In this document: piece after piece, positions 47,223-58,341 of the stretch
Position numbering within the stretch: the first letter of the stretch is position 1
Layout: each line of letters starts with the position of its first letter
Origin: a virus
IMG/VR virus record: IMGVR_UViG_3300035670_012130
Span: 1 to 64,000 of that record
Strand: one strand, 5' to 3'
Length of the DNA: 64,000 bases
The notes under the pieces: model-generated
The model's input: only the letters and a program-made list of their open reading frames with translations
Database searches by the model: none
Told to the model about the DNA's origin: nothing
Made by a program: the position numbers and the translations under genes

Positions 47223-48463
47223 TATAAAAATTCTGATACTCTAGTATTTGATAAACCATTAAAAGCTGTAAATTCTGTCAATCTTGCAGTAAAATTATAT
47301 TCAATAAAATATCCAGAACCAGGACTAATTGTTATTGTAGGTTGTTGCCAATCTACATTTTTCATACTGTAGAAAAATACACTTCCAAAGTACAAGGTCA
47401 AAGCAGATGCATTTGTTTGAATAAATCCATAATTTTGAGGACTAAATAGTTTTAATGATCCAGTAACTCTTCTATTGCTTAATGATGCAAATCTTGGTCC
47501 AGCAATATCATAAAATTCGTACAAATTATTTCCAAATGAGTAACCAGGATAGGTGAACGTAAAGTCTATAGATTGTTGAATTGACAAAGACATGTTGACG
47601 ATTTTATGCACTGGCATACTATTTGAATTGTAGGAATTTTGAACAGCTTTGGCAAAATCTTTAAAAGCATTATTTCCTGTAAATAAGCCTGGATAAAAGG
47701 CGCAATCAGAAAGATTTATTGCTCTATACTTGTCTTGAAAATTATTTGATTCATCAGTATTTAGTTGATTATCCAATTCGTTTATTGTCTTCATTTTTAT
47801 ATAATTGTTATTTAAAAATGGTCTATAAACAGTAATATTATCTGGAGATATGACAGATCTACCTCCGACTAACGAGCATGAAATTTCTACATCACCAAGT
47901 TGATTTAAGCCATCTACGCTTATTTGAAAATTACTTACAAAAGCAGGCCCAAAAGATTTGTGTGTTGGAATACTTGAGCAAAAAAGTAACGGATAAAGCG
48001 GTATATAAGAAGCTCTATACATTATAATTTCTGCAGAATATTGTTGATTTACATTAGTAGATAATATTGGGTTAAAAGAAAAGTTTCCTGAATATTGATA
48101 ATTTGTAAATGTTGGATGATTTAATGCAGCTAGACCTGAAAAATTTTGAATTGGTTGATATACATTGTCGCCAGCATTATCAGTGAAATTAGAACAATAT
48201 AATGGTTTATATTCGTTAGAAAATCTTTTAGTAAAATAAAACCCTTGTGAAGCTCGATTTGACATATTTGCGCTTAGCAAATATAAATCCCATAAATGAG
48301 ATCTTGAACCAGTGGTGTTTTTGGCAACTCTGTATCCACCAAATGATTTTAACTGTTGAGTATATAAACCTGTCGATGAAAAAGGAGCCAGTTCGCAAAC
48401 ATATATATTATGTCCTGATGCTGGGTAAACTCCATTTATGACATTGTTTATAATATCTGGCAT
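47222..48463 (-). CDS. Putative tail tube-like structural protein 2
   Basis: 413 aa, beta-rich; NMSLSIQQSI..NRRVTGSLKL..IEYNFTA parallels the 48850 gene. Confidence 0.45.
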   Translation of the reverse strand: MPDIINNVINGVYPASGHNIYVCELAPFSSTGLYTQQLKSFGGYRVAKNTTGSRSHLWDLYLLSANMSNRASQGFYFTKRFSNEYKPLYCSNFTDNAGDNVYQPIQNFSGLAALNHPTFTNYQYSGNFSFNPILSTNVNQQYSAEIIMYRASYIPLYPLLFCSSIPTHKSFGPAFVSNFQISVDGLNQLGDVEISCSLVGGRSVISPDNITVYRPFLNNNYIKMKTINELDNQLNTDESNNFQDKYRAINLSDCAFYPGLFTGNNAFKDFAKAVQNSYNSNSMPVHKIVNMSLSIQQSIDFTFTYPGYSFGNNLYEFYDIAGPRFASLSNRRVTGSLKLFSPQNYGFIQTNASALTLYFGSVFFYSMKNVDWQQPTITISPGSGYFIEYNFTARLTEFTAFNGLSNTRVSEFL

Positions 48464-48850
48464 TTATTTTCCGCCTGTCATTTCCAACCATTTTTTTGAT
48501 AAGGCTTTCACTAATTCGTATCTAATCATATTTACATTATGGGGATCTGGATAATAAGTTTCTACATTTTCCCCTTCTATAATCTTAATTACAGAAAAGA
48601 AATTTGTAATGATGTTTTTGCAAAGCACTGATGTTCGCAATAAAGGATTACCAGTTACAGAATTGATAATTGTAGCTTCTTCTATAATATTCGACATATC
48701 GGAAAAGTTTCTTCCTTTGACATCACAAGAAATCAAACATTTTCCGTTCGGATCAATCTTATAACAAAGTATTTCACCATCTTCGTTTTTAATGATGTTA
48801 CAATTTAATTTTAATTCAAATCTTTTTCCAGCGTCTACAAAAATACTCAT
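48464..48850 (-). CDS. Small protein, possible tail chaperone
   Basis: 128 aa between two tube-like genes. Confidence 0.4.
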   Translation of the reverse strand: MSIFVDAGKRFELKLNCNIIKNEDGEILCYKIDPNGKCLISCDVKGRNFSDMSNIIEEATIINSVTGNPLLRTSVLCKNIITNFFSVIKIIEGENVETYYPDPHNVNMIRYELVKALSKKWLEMTGGK

Positions 48851-50322
48851 TAATAAATTCCTGTTGATTTCAATACTGGGTCAAATGTATAATTCTGAGT
48901 AGCAACTGAAAAATTTACTTTATTTTTTTGGTATTCCATTCTAGAGTGTTCTTGAGAATCAGTTGACCATACAACTTCAGGTAGTTCTAACTTTATTGGC
49001 CCCATATCAAAAGTTATACCGTCATTATTGATGCTACTTGGTCCAGACAGAAATTCAACCATCGCCCAAGGTTTAATAGGACCTGTGTATGTAAGTGACC
49101 CTGATATTTTACGTCCTTCTGAATAGTACCCATATGGTAAAGAATTTTTAAAGAAGTTTTGTTTTGAATCACTACTTTTTGAATTTAATGTAAAAATAGG
49201 TTTCAAATTATTTTCTATACTTATATCCATCTCAGTGACATATATACTATCTAATTTTGATTGTTGAAATCCTCTGAATAACTTTGAGTCAATCATGGTT
49301 CCAAGACCAAACAACCCGTATTCTGGAGCACTTTTATAAACTCTTGTATTGAAACCATTTAATATATAACTTGGTTTTTTCTTAAAATAACTTTCAACGA
49401 TTGAAGTAAAATTATTATATAGTTGAACTTGATATGTTCGGTCAACATTCAAAACTTTCAAGTCAATGTAAGCTATTATTTGTTCTCCAGGCTTAAAATT
49501 AATAGCAAACTTATCAACAAGACAACCACTTAATAATCCTTGTTTCAATGTAAATAACGAAAATGATGCTTCTCTGCCAGTAGATTGAGGATAAGCTGAA
49601 ATATATGATGTATCTCTATTAAAAGAAGTATTTATTCCAGCCCCTATGGTAAGTAATCTATTTGTTTTATCAATACCAGTTATTTCGATTAAGTCATAAT
49701 ATGAATTATTGTCAGATTTAATTTTTGCTTCAAATGGTAAATCTAAACCCATAAATTCAGCTATATTATCAATATACAACTGCGTTGATCCAACTCCTAT
49801 AACTGAGGAGTTGTCTGTAGTAAATCTTCCTATAAATGAAGTTGGTGAACCCTTGAATGCTTGAATACAATAATCAAAAAAAGCAGCAAGAGAAAAATCT
49901 AAATATCCCCAACTATCTACTTTAAAAGGATAGGTAAAACTTACATTATATTCTTTGGGGCCTAATTGAAATGTATTAGGGTTTGCTCCTTCACCAGCAT
50001 ATCTCTGACCAGCATCTGCTTCTTGCGCTCCACGTATATTAAAGTTGTCAATTGAAAAAAGATAATTTGAATTTATATTACTGAAAGATAAATTAAAATC
50101 TGGATCTTCAGAATACTCTCTGGACAAAACAAACAAATCATAATAACCTGTTTCAAAAGCTGGAGCGTATAATTGCGAACTAAAGTTATTGTATGCTTCT
50201 TTATATAAATACTGGTTCGGAACAGATTCTGAGCTTCCAATACTAGAGGCTAATATTGTTTGATCAACAGCAAAAGAATTAACATTTGATTTTATTGAAC
50301 TTGCACGAATACTTTTTCTCAT
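48850..50322 (-). CDS. Putative tail tube-like structural protein 1
   Basis: GCLVDKFAINFKPGE, EMDISIENNL..GRKISGSLTY..KVNFSVA; likely ATG at 50322. Confidence 0.5.
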   Translation of the reverse strand: MRKSIRASSIKSNVNSFAVDQTILASSIGSSESVPNQYLYKEAYNNFSSQLYAPAFETGYYDLFVLSREYSEDPDFNLSFSNINSNYLFSIDNFNIRGAQEADAGQRYAGEGANPNTFQLGPKEYNVSFTYPFKVDSWGYLDFSLAAFFDYCIQAFKGSPTSFIGRFTTDNSSVIGVGSTQLYIDNIAEFMGLDLPFEAKIKSDNNSYYDLIEITGIDKTNRLLTIGAGINTSFNRDTSYISAYPQSTGREASFSLFTLKQGLLSGCLVDKFAINFKPGEQIIAYIDLKVLNVDRTYQVQLYNNFTSIVESYFKKKPSYILNGFNTRVYKSAPEYGLFGLGTMIDSKLFRGFQQSKLDSIYVTEMDISIENNLKPIFTLNSKSSDSKQNFFKNSLPYGYYSEGRKISGSLTYTGPIKPWAMVEFLSGPSSINNDGITFDMGPIKLELPEVVWSTDSQEHSRMEYQKNKVNFSVATQNYTFDPVLKSTGIY

Positions 50323-50329
50323 ATAAAAC

Positions 50330-52780
50330 CTATGGCGTAGTTTCAATAGTTATAAGATCATAAATATCCCATAAAATTGGACCGTTATTAATTCTTGTTA
50401 AGTTTGTACCTGGAGTGACATAAGCATCAATGACTCTATCAAATAACTGTAAATCATTTCCTAAGGCGAATCTTTGATTTCTAGAAGTTCCTTTTGGCAC
50501 TGTAGTCGTTAATGTTGTAGGTTCTCCATTTTCACCATTTTGTGCGATTACAGTTACTACCAAATCATTCTTTATAGTTTGATCGTCAGTTGTGGCAATT
50601 CCAGTGGTTGATCCGTTAAAAACTACATTAGAAGTAGATAAATCTTCAACATAAGGGACATATGCTGAAATTCTACTAGGCTGTAAAGCTATTCTGTTGG
50701 TTAACTTTATTCCACGTCTTAATATTTCGCCTGATATATTGCCATCATCAAGATAACCTCTAAATTTATAAAAAGCGGTTCCACCTGTTCCAGTCCAAGA
50801 TGTTCCATTATTGATGGATGTTAATCCTTGACCAGAACTGCCTGAAATTATTCTGGTATATAAACTTGTGGACCCAAGACCTGTAGTGAAATCTGATGGC
50901 TTGTCTATTACTAGCCAGTAGGATGAACCTTGTTCTAAGTTAGCTCCTGTTCTAAATTTTATAGTATATTCGTTAGTGCCTTGTTGTATATCAGAATTTC
51001 TTATAACTGATGCGCTAGTGAGCATTCCATTAGGAGTTGGTGTTGAGCCTGTTGCTGAAAATATTGATATAGATATGCCTGTTGTACCTGAGCCTGTTGT
51101 TTGACCTCCAGCAGTATACTTAAATTTAAGTGTTACTCCTCCGATGAAACAATCTTCATTAGGTGTAATTTTAAAAGCTGTAAGTCCATTATTTAATATC
51201 AAATCAGTATCATCTGTAACTGTTGTCATCGTGTTGTAAGATGGATATTGTATTTCGTTTATATTAGTTAATTTTCTTTCAATTATATCACTACTTAGTT
51301 GCGGTTTTTTGTAAACATTATAAAAAAGTGGATTTGTAATTCCTGCGCCAGTCCAAGTTAACTCTACAAGATAATTGTTTGATGTAAAATTAGATGATAC
51401 TAAATTACTGTAAACTGGTATACTTTCTACATACTCATCTGTAGATATATTGTAAACTATTGTCACTCCATAAATTTGAGTGCCCGATGAAAGCGAAGAT
51501 ATATAGTTAGAACAAGGTATGACTTGATTCGTTAATCCTGTGGCAGCTACTGAATTATCACTTCCTATAGCTGCATTGTAAGTTATCAAGTCTCCTCTAA
51601 AAATTGCAAATGTATGTTGAGTATCAGAACCTATTGTTTGATAGTAAGCTTTTGCGAAATTATATGGTAGCTCAAATCTTTCAAGTCCACTAAATGATGT
51701 GCCTTTAGAATAAAATTCAGTTTTTCTGAAAGGTTGTGTTGCTAAAAGCTCTCTATTTGTCAATCCTGAATTTGAAGATTCCGTGCTCAAGTATCTGTAA
51801 ACTGCAGAAACAGTATTTCTTATGTAATCATTTGATTTATATGTTGATAATGCGTCATTTGCTTCATTACAACTTTGAATTATCAAGCTTTTATCAGAAG
51901 AATCTCCTAGTATTTGATACGTTGATATATCAGTTGGCATATCTACAATCGTTCTGGTCAATCCCGTACCAGAATCTACTACTACTGGGTCTTCAGGGTT
52001 TTTAACCATTACTTTACTGATTGGCAACCAGCTTTGTGGTAATGGAGGAAAATAATCAAATGTATTGACATTTTCTGAACTTTCTAAAACTGGAAAACCA
52101 GTTATATATTTTACTCTTGGTTGAAAAAGAAATGTTACTGGATTGTCTAGATAGTATGTAGCTGGTAATGTTCCAAAAGAAGATCCATTGTAATATGATG
52201 GATCTACCACTAAACCTGTGAGATCATCAGTAACATTTGAAAAAGTAATTAAGTAATTTCCTACAAAAGCTTGTAGAGGAAATCCAAGATTTACAGCAAT
52301 TGATGCATCTTTTACTAGCAATATTGAAGTTCCAGCTAAGCAAGTGTCGCTAACTGTAGTTGCCCAAGTTTGAGTAGCTTTTTGTGCTTCTGAAATAGGC
52401 AATCCTAAAGTAACGCCATATTTATAACTTGCTCCAAAGCCTCCAGTAGAATAGTTTTTTGACCATTCTTTCCTTAGGGGTATTTTTTGTGGCTGTAAAC
52501 TAATTACTGATCCATTGTAAGCTAATTGTCCACTTCTTACAGTTACATAATAAGGGTCATATGTTATATCATAAGTTGTTTCGCAGCCTAATGGAGCTGT
52601 TTCTAAGATTCCAAAATATGGCAATCCTGTATTAGCCATAGATAGCAAGTTATTAATTTCAAAAATAGAAGAGCCAGGAGTTTCCACGTCTCCAATGCCA
52701 TAACTTAAAGCATCGTAAATATTGCCCACTGTTTTTGTTAATTCAAGAACTATTTCTTCTACTTTTGATGAAATTGCCAT
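50330..52780 (-). CDS. Virion structural protein (tail/baseplate) with a beta-sandwich domain
   Basis: 816 aa, Thr/Ser/Gly-rich; AFKITPNE...YWLVI domain shared with 53636. Confidence 0.55.
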   Translation of the reverse strand: MAISSKVEEIVLELTKTVGNIYDALSYGIGDVETPGSSIFEINNLLSMANTGLPYFGILETAPLGCETTYDITYDPYYVTVRSGQLAYNGSVISLQPQKIPLRKEWSKNYSTGGFGASYKYGVTLGLPISEAQKATQTWATTVSDTCLAGTSILLVKDASIAVNLGFPLQAFVGNYLITFSNVTDDLTGLVVDPSYYNGSSFGTLPATYYLDNPVTFLFQPRVKYITGFPVLESSENVNTFDYFPPLPQSWLPISKVMVKNPEDPVVVDSGTGLTRTIVDMPTDISTYQILGDSSDKSLIIQSCNEANDALSTYKSNDYIRNTVSAVYRYLSTESSNSGLTNRELLATQPFRKTEFYSKGTSFSGLERFELPYNFAKAYYQTIGSDTQHTFAIFRGDLITYNAAIGSDNSVAATGLTNQVIPCSNYISSLSSGTQIYGVTIVYNISTDEYVESIPVYSNLVSSNFTSNNYLVELTWTGAGITNPLFYNVYKKPQLSSDIIERKLTNINEIQYPSYNTMTTVTDDTDLILNNGLTAFKITPNEDCFIGGVTLKFKYTAGGQTTGSGTTGISISIFSATGSTPTPNGMLTSASVIRNSDIQQGTNEYTIKFRTGANLEQGSSYWLVIDKPSDFTTGLGSTSLYTRIISGSSGQGLTSINNGTSWTGTGGTAFYKFRGYLDDGNISGEILRRGIKLTNRIALQPSRISAYVPYVEDLSTSNVVFNGSTTGIATTDDQTIKNDLVVTVIAQNGENGEPTTLTTTVPKGTSRNQRFALGNDLQLFDRVIDAYVTPGTNLTRINNGPILWDIYDLITIETTP

Positions 52781-52781
52781 T

Positions 52782-53636
52782 TTATATATTTATACTCAAC
52801 TCTGTTGTTAGATAAGATAAAAGTCTGGTTGGTAATAAAATGCCCGTGCTTTGCCAATATGATGTAAAATCAGGCTCCCAAGTTGAACTACCAACCCAAT
52901 TTGAAATAATATCTTTGGTTAAATTTTTCTGTGTATTATATTGTTCTGAAATTAATGCATAATTTCTTATGATTGATGAAACTACTATTCTTGAAATATT
53001 CTCTTCTGTGTAGCCAAAATAACCTCTTGGCAATCTTTCGTCTATCAATTTGAAAAACACTCTTGAGTTTTTAATTGTCTGATCATAGTAAGAAACATCT
53101 GCAATAAATTTATATAATTCTAAATCATAAGTTTTATCTGTTGTGAAAGATAATTCTTGTGAAGTTCTAATAATTTCCTCAGCAGTATCGATATCTATGT
53201 CCTTACTGATAATCAAAGGGCTGCCATTTGGGTCATTTATGGGTCTAGCTAATGAAAAGATTAGTTCTTCTCCATCAACACTGTCCGAGGATAAAAATAC
53301 TTTTCCAAATATGTATCCATCAGACATTGTGTCAATATTTCCCAATACTTCTTGGACTGTATATCCTTGTTCATTTCCGGTGGGAAGCTCAACATTAGTA
53401 GTTGATAAAACTGTTTTAACTAATCCTTTCCCAAAACTCAAAACATCAAGAACCATATTGTAATTTTGAGATTTTATTGCTGATAGTCCGTAAAGCAATT
53501 GCAAATTACGTTCTACAGTATTATATGACAAAGCATATTCTTGTGAAGCTAATGCCATATCAACTGTTTTTTCTGTTTGATCAAGAGCAAGCACTAAATT
53601 ATTCATTGTGACTGCTGACGCATAATTCATTGCCAT
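52782..53636 (-). CDS. Hypothetical tail-module protein
   Basis: 284 aa ORF translationally coupled within the minus-strand operon. Confidence 0.6.
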   Translation of the reverse strand: MAMNYASAVTMNNLVLALDQTEKTVDMALASQEYALSYNTVERNLQLLYGLSAIKSQNYNMVLDVLSFGKGLVKTVLSTTNVELPTGNEQGYTVQEVLGNIDTMSDGYIFGKVFLSSDSVDGEELIFSLARPINDPNGSPLIISKDIDIDTAEEIIRTSQELSFTTDKTYDLELYKFIADVSYYDQTIKNSRVFFKLIDERLPRGYFGYTEENISRIVVSSIIRNYALISEQYNTQKNLTKDIISNWVGSSTWEPDFTSYWQSTGILLPTRLLSYLTTELSINI

Positions 53637-56600
53637 TATTTGTTCCTAATCACAATCTTGTCAGTAATGGGGAAACCATAATATTGATCATTGATTTCTT
53701 CCAGAGATTTACCAACAACTAAGTATGTTATATTTTCAATTTTTTCACTATCAATAAGTATTGGGCTTACTGATACATCTTGATAGAAAGAATTATCAAC
53801 TTCTTGCCATGATGACGTACCAGTCTTTCTCCATTCTAATTTCAAATTGTGTAAATTTTGATAATTGTTAAATTGTAATTCTAATGTTATTGGCTGTGAA
53901 CTTCCTGTAGCAACGTAAGATGTTGTGAATGAAGTAGAAGAAGTATTATTCCAATCGCTTATGTATGGATTATCTTCATTATTTATATAAAATTTTACAC
54001 CACCATTTGTAGTCACTCTAAAGTCAAAAGTTGCGCCTAATGAGGAAAGGGCTGTAAAATCTCCGACTGAATACCCATTGAAATAATTTGTCTGTCCTAA
54101 TCCGCCAAAATTATCGAAATCAAGATTATGATGAGCTGATGTTAAATCACTCATTTCATTGCTGTCTAATTCGAGATAATTCCAGGAAGATTTCTTATAC
54201 CATTGAGTAATCCAAGTGGGCGATTTATCAAGCTTTATATAAGTAGTTTGAAGCTGATTGTCAACATTATATTTAAGATACAAGTGGATATCATTTGCTC
54301 TCTTGATAAATCTATTAGTGTTATCACCAAAGTAATGAGTATTAGCTGAACCTGACAAATTATTACTTAGATAAACTTTATATAAGCCATTTGTTGAATC
54401 ATATGTCAAATTAGTTATGGCTGTACCGCTTGATAAAACGCTTGAAGTAACTGCTATACCAACCATAACAGAAGGGTCAAAGTTTTCTTCTGGTATATAA
54501 AGTAAATTTGTTCCAGAAGTTCCAGTAGCTCCAACTGCAACCACTCTAGATACAAATGATCTAGGATAAATATAGAGTTGAGATGGAGTAAATAAATTTT
54601 GATTATTTACTGTCCAAAATTCATCTAAATAGTAATCAGTATCGTTTGATCTGGTTTTATTAGGTGCTGGCATAATAAGAGAAGAATAATTAAAATCTCT
54701 ATTGAATCCAGCATAAATTTCACTATCTAACCCGAAGAATTCTACAAATGGTGTGCCTGTAGAAGCAGTCCAAGAATATCCATCGTAAAAAGCCATATTG
54801 GATGCAGTTGGAGTGGAGGACTCTTGTATCTGCAATCTTAGGTCATATTTGATTACATAACTTTGATTATCACTTGTTCCAGCGCTTCCAGATAATGTCA
54901 TCACGGAAGAAGAACCTATAGAAGCAATCTCATACCAAGTAGAAATATCACCAGATAAAGTACTACCAAATCCTATAGAAGCATACTTTTGATATTTATT
55001 GAAATCAGCCATTGTATCTGTAGATGGATTGTAAAGTCCACTTACTGCTGTTCCACTTACACTAACTAATCCAAGTGTTTTAGCATCATAATTAGGTGGA
55101 TTTGTATTTGATTCAAACACAATCCAGTATGTTCTGTCTTTTGTAAGTGAATAGTTCACATAAAAATAAACATCATCTAGAACGTTCTTTATAGTTGTAT
55201 AGAAAACTTTAGAACCAGTAATGAGCTTTGCATTTGGAAGGCTATTGTAATTGTCCCAAATACTTATTTGAATATAAGCATCAGGATTATTGCAAATAGC
55301 TAAACTTTGTAATCTAATTTTTAAAGATTTTATATCTTGATATTCGTTTGGTGTAATTTTAAAAGCAAATTTATTGTAATTTAAACTCTTATAATTACCC
55401 TTAGTAGTTTGGTTTATATTTGTAGCATCAACTATTGATATTTGTTGTTTGTAGATGTTTTCAAGACTATTGATTGAAGAGTCTGAAGTTGAATATCCGG
55501 CAATTGAAACAACGAAAGAATCAGACCTTAAATCTAAAATATTTTGCGCTGTGAAAATTTTGTTATCTTTTTCAGCTCCAACTACTTCATCGTAATTAGA
55601 AATCCAATGTTTACTTCTGCTGTATGCATAATTAGAAACAGTCATACCCATTTCTTTGATAGTGGAGAATGTGTTTGGAAATTGACTAGAATCTGGAGTA
55701 TAGAAAGATTTAGTTAATTCATAATCACTAACACTGTCTTGAATTTCCGCTTCTGTGATATTAGGATTTGTTGATTTTAAGTTAGTTATAAAGTCTGATT
55801 TAGTTTGTTTTGTAGAATCTGTAGGCTGAACTTGCTTTGTTAATATTGCTCTGCTTTCGCCCATTTGCATATTAGGAATGATTGCAGCACTTCCATAAAG
55901 TCTGTATTCTTCCATTGAGTTGAAAGTACCAGGCGCATAATTATCTCTTTCTGTTTGTGTACCTTGCTTAAAATATCCAGAAGTTGTTAAATTTTTGTTT
56001 TGTCTGTTCAAATATTCGTCATCTGTAATTAAGAATTTTGAAGAATTTAACTTTATATTTTTAATTAATTTATCACTATTAGCATTTTGAAACACAATTG
56101 AAAAAGCATAATCTTTTGTCAATTTTGTTCCTGTTGTTTCTTGATCTAATAAATCTGGAATGTTTGACACTTCTTGGTAAAACTCAAATTCTGTATCACT
56201 TTCAAAATTGATGTCATTAAGTTTCATTCCATTTTCATCATATTTAAAAACGATTTTTGTTGGAGGAGTTGATAGCCAAGAAATCATTGCATTTGCGCCA
56301 GATTCTTCAACTTCAATATTGATAGGTTCAGTTTCTAATGGACTATTTTTAATACCATATGTTTGACTATCTACTGCAGCTTTATAATTTTCCTCAAGAG
56401 TCAAATAAGTATCTGTAATGATTGAAAGCACTTGACCATATAAAATTGTGCCATCAGAGCTATAAAGATAATCGCCCTCAGTTATTTCTTTTGTGAACTT
56501 AGAAGAACTACCAATTACAACATTATTACCTGAAGATATAGTAATTTTTCCAGAACCTTTTGTTGTTTGATAATTAGATTTTAATGCTGGAGCTATTGGA

Positions 56601-58339
56601 TATTTTAATAAATTATGTAGTAGCTTTGTTTTCTTGAAGCTATTGTTCTTGATATCTGCATAGCTACTTGTTCCATATGATTTGAAATTTGAGAATGGAG
56701 CAACTAAATCTGCACCTAATTTATCGTAAATATTTTTGTATTCATCGCTTCTGGTAAATGTAGTCATTGAAATAACATCTTGCAAGGTGTCATTGATCAA
56801 ATTACTATCACCTATTGGAGGAACAGCAAAATTATCCGCACTTCTTTTTATGTAAACAATAGATGCGCTGTTCAAATTGTATGTTGTATTTGATTTACTC
56901 TTTATTGTCCCAGAAGTTTTGAATGATGGATAAGAAAGAATCATCTTAGCAACAATGTCATAATCCTTGTCGATTGTTGGATAATTCTTGAAATCTTCCC
57001 AATCTACGGGAACAGATTCTTGAGGCATAGCTTTTCCAAAAAATAAATAAAAGTCTATGTCCCCGTTTTCATATTGATTCCCAGAAATAATGTTCTTAGT
57101 AGCTAATAAAACAGGCAGATACTCAAAAGAACTCAAAGACACATAGTTTGCTAAAGAATTTGTATCTCCGTATGCACTAAATGTTTCTGGATACAAATAT
57201 CTAAATGGCTCTACTGTTGTTATGTAATCACCATCATAATATTTCTGATTAGTCTTGCTTCTTGAAAAAAGATAAATATTAGTATCATTTACACCTGTTT
57301 TTTCAAATGCAATATAATTTTGAATATCTTTTTGTAAATAGGTCTTTCTTGGATAAATATTCCAATCAGATGACAAATTACTTGAGTTGAAAGTGATTGC
57401 AGTTCCAGAAGTATATGTTGGGTAAGATGTGAAGAAATTTGTATCGTGAGTATCCCAATAAAAGGCTAAATGATACCAATAATCTGCAGTCCAAGATGCT
57501 GGTGTTTTTACTTTAAATAAATAATGATCTTTGATTGTGTCTGTTGTTGAACCAGTAGAAGATACTTCAGATACATCATAAGCAAGGTAAGTAAGAGCTA
57601 ATCCTGCCATACTTCCTCCAAGTGAGAAAGTGGATCCTATACCTTGTGTTTTTAAGTAAATGTGAGAAGCAATACCAAGATCTTTTGGTGTGTTTGAAAG
57701 TGGATTTATAAATTGTGCGCCTTCAAAATAAGACTTTGGAATTAGGATATGCGCTTCGTTGTTTGATACTGTTCCTGTATTTTTGACAGAAATCCATCTT
57801 GAAGAATTAAATAAATTAACTCTTTGATATAAACTACCATCCCATCTTACAGGATAGTCGTAGTTTGTTCTTTCCGATCCATCCCCAGGCTCAGAATTGA
57901 TATTATAAATTATGTAAGATGTATTAGCATTACCAGCAGCATTGTAAGGAGGGACGAAATATTGCCAAGCATTGTAATCCCAAACGCCCCAACCTTCAGT
58001 CGATGGTGGGTTGTAATATTGAGGAGTCCAACCACCAGTATTGGCAAAACTGGCAACTTTTTGATCTACTATATATTGACCACCTTGAAAACCAAATGAA
58101 ATATTCTCTATAGCATCAAAAGTTTGATAAGGCTTGGTTGTTAATCCTTGCGGTGTTTTTCCAGCTAAATCATAATCGTGAAAAATTGTTGAGCCTCTAA
58201 ACTTGACAGCTATTCTTTCATAATCCAAATAATAACCGTGTTTCAGAGACAAATCACCAACCAAATCTTTGTAGGCATATTTAGCTTTGCCGATTTGATT
58301 GATGATAAATTCGAGACCTTTTTTGGATACGAGACTCAT
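53636..58339 (-). CDS. Large virion protein (tail fibre/baseplate) with C-terminal PA14-like domain
   Basis: 1567 aa; GKITISSGNNVVIGSSSKFT fibre-like segment; FRVTTNGGVKFYIN...ITLELQF...LKLEW (PA14-like). Confidence 0.6.
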   Translation of the reverse strand: MSLVSKKGLEFIINQIGKAKYAYKDLVGDLSLKHGYYLDYERIAVKFRGSTIFHDYDLAGKTPQGLTTKPYQTFDAIENISFGFQGGQYIVDQKVASFANTGGWTPQYYNPPSTEGWGVWDYNAWQYFVPPYNAAGNANTSYIIYNINSEPGDGSERTNYDYPVRWDGSLYQRVNLFNSSRWISVKNTGTVSNNEAHILIPKSYFEGAQFINPLSNTPKDLGIASHIYLKTQGIGSTFSLGGSMAGLALTYLAYDVSEVSSTGSTTDTIKDHYLFKVKTPASWTADYWYHLAFYWDTHDTNFFTSYPTYTSGTAITFNSSNLSSDWNIYPRKTYLQKDIQNYIAFEKTGVNDTNIYLFSRSKTNQKYYDGDYITTVEPFRYLYPETFSAYGDTNSLANYVSLSSFEYLPVLLATKNIISGNQYENGDIDFYLFFGKAMPQESVPVDWEDFKNYPTIDKDYDIVAKMILSYPSFKTSGTIKSKSNTTYNLNSASIVYIKRSADNFAVPPIGDSNLINDTLQDVISMTTFTRSDEYKNIYDKLGADLVAPFSNFKSYGTSSYADIKNNSFKKTKLLHNLLKYPIAPALKSNYQTTKGSGKITISSGNNVVIGSSSKFTKEITEGDYLYSSDGTILYGQVLSIITDTYLTLEENYKAAVDSQTYGIKNSPLETEPINIEVEESGANAMISWLSTPPTKIVFKYDENGMKLNDINFESDTEFEFYQEVSNIPDLLDQETTGTKLTKDYAFSIVFQNANSDKLIKNIKLNSSKFLITDDEYLNRQNKNLTTSGYFKQGTQTERDNYAPGTFNSMEEYRLYGSAAIIPNMQMGESRAILTKQVQPTDSTKQTKSDFITNLKSTNPNITEAEIQDSVSDYELTKSFYTPDSSQFPNTFSTIKEMGMTVSNYAYSRSKHWISNYDEVVGAEKDNKIFTAQNILDLRSDSFVVSIAGYSTSDSSINSLENIYKQQISIVDATNINQTTKGNYKSLNYNKFAFKITPNEYQDIKSLKIRLQSLAICNNPDAYIQISIWDNYNSLPNAKLITGSKVFYTTIKNVLDDVYFYVNYSLTKDRTYWIVFESNTNPPNYDAKTLGLVSVSGTAVSGLYNPSTDTMADFNKYQKYASIGFGSTLSGDISTWYEIASIGSSSVMTLSGSAGTSDNQSYVIKYDLRLQIQESSTPTASNMAFYDGYSWTASTGTPFVEFFGLDSEIYAGFNRDFNYSSLIMPAPNKTRSNDTDYYLDEFWTVNNQNLFTPSQLYIYPRSFVSRVVAVGATGTSGTNLLYIPEENFDPSVMVGIAVTSSVLSSGTAITNLTYDSTNGLYKVYLSNNLSGSANTHYFGDNTNRFIKRANDIHLYLKYNVDNQLQTTYIKLDKSPTWITQWYKKSSWNYLELDSNEMSDLTSAHHNLDFDNFGGLGQTNYFNGYSVGDFTALSSLGATFDFRVTTNGGVKFYINNEDNPYISDWNNTSSTSFTTSYVATGSSQPITLELQFNNYQNLHNLKLEWRKTGTSSWQEVDNSFYQDVSVSPILIDSEKIENITYLVVGKSLEEINDQYYGFPITDKIVIRNK

Positions 58340-58341
58340 TT

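Noticed and set aside
48464-48480. Programmed -1 frameshift at the end of the chaperone-like gene (GGC GGA AAA TAA)
   Set aside because: It is not a canonical X XXY YYZ heptamer, and the next gene starts in the same frame, so a shift would not join them.
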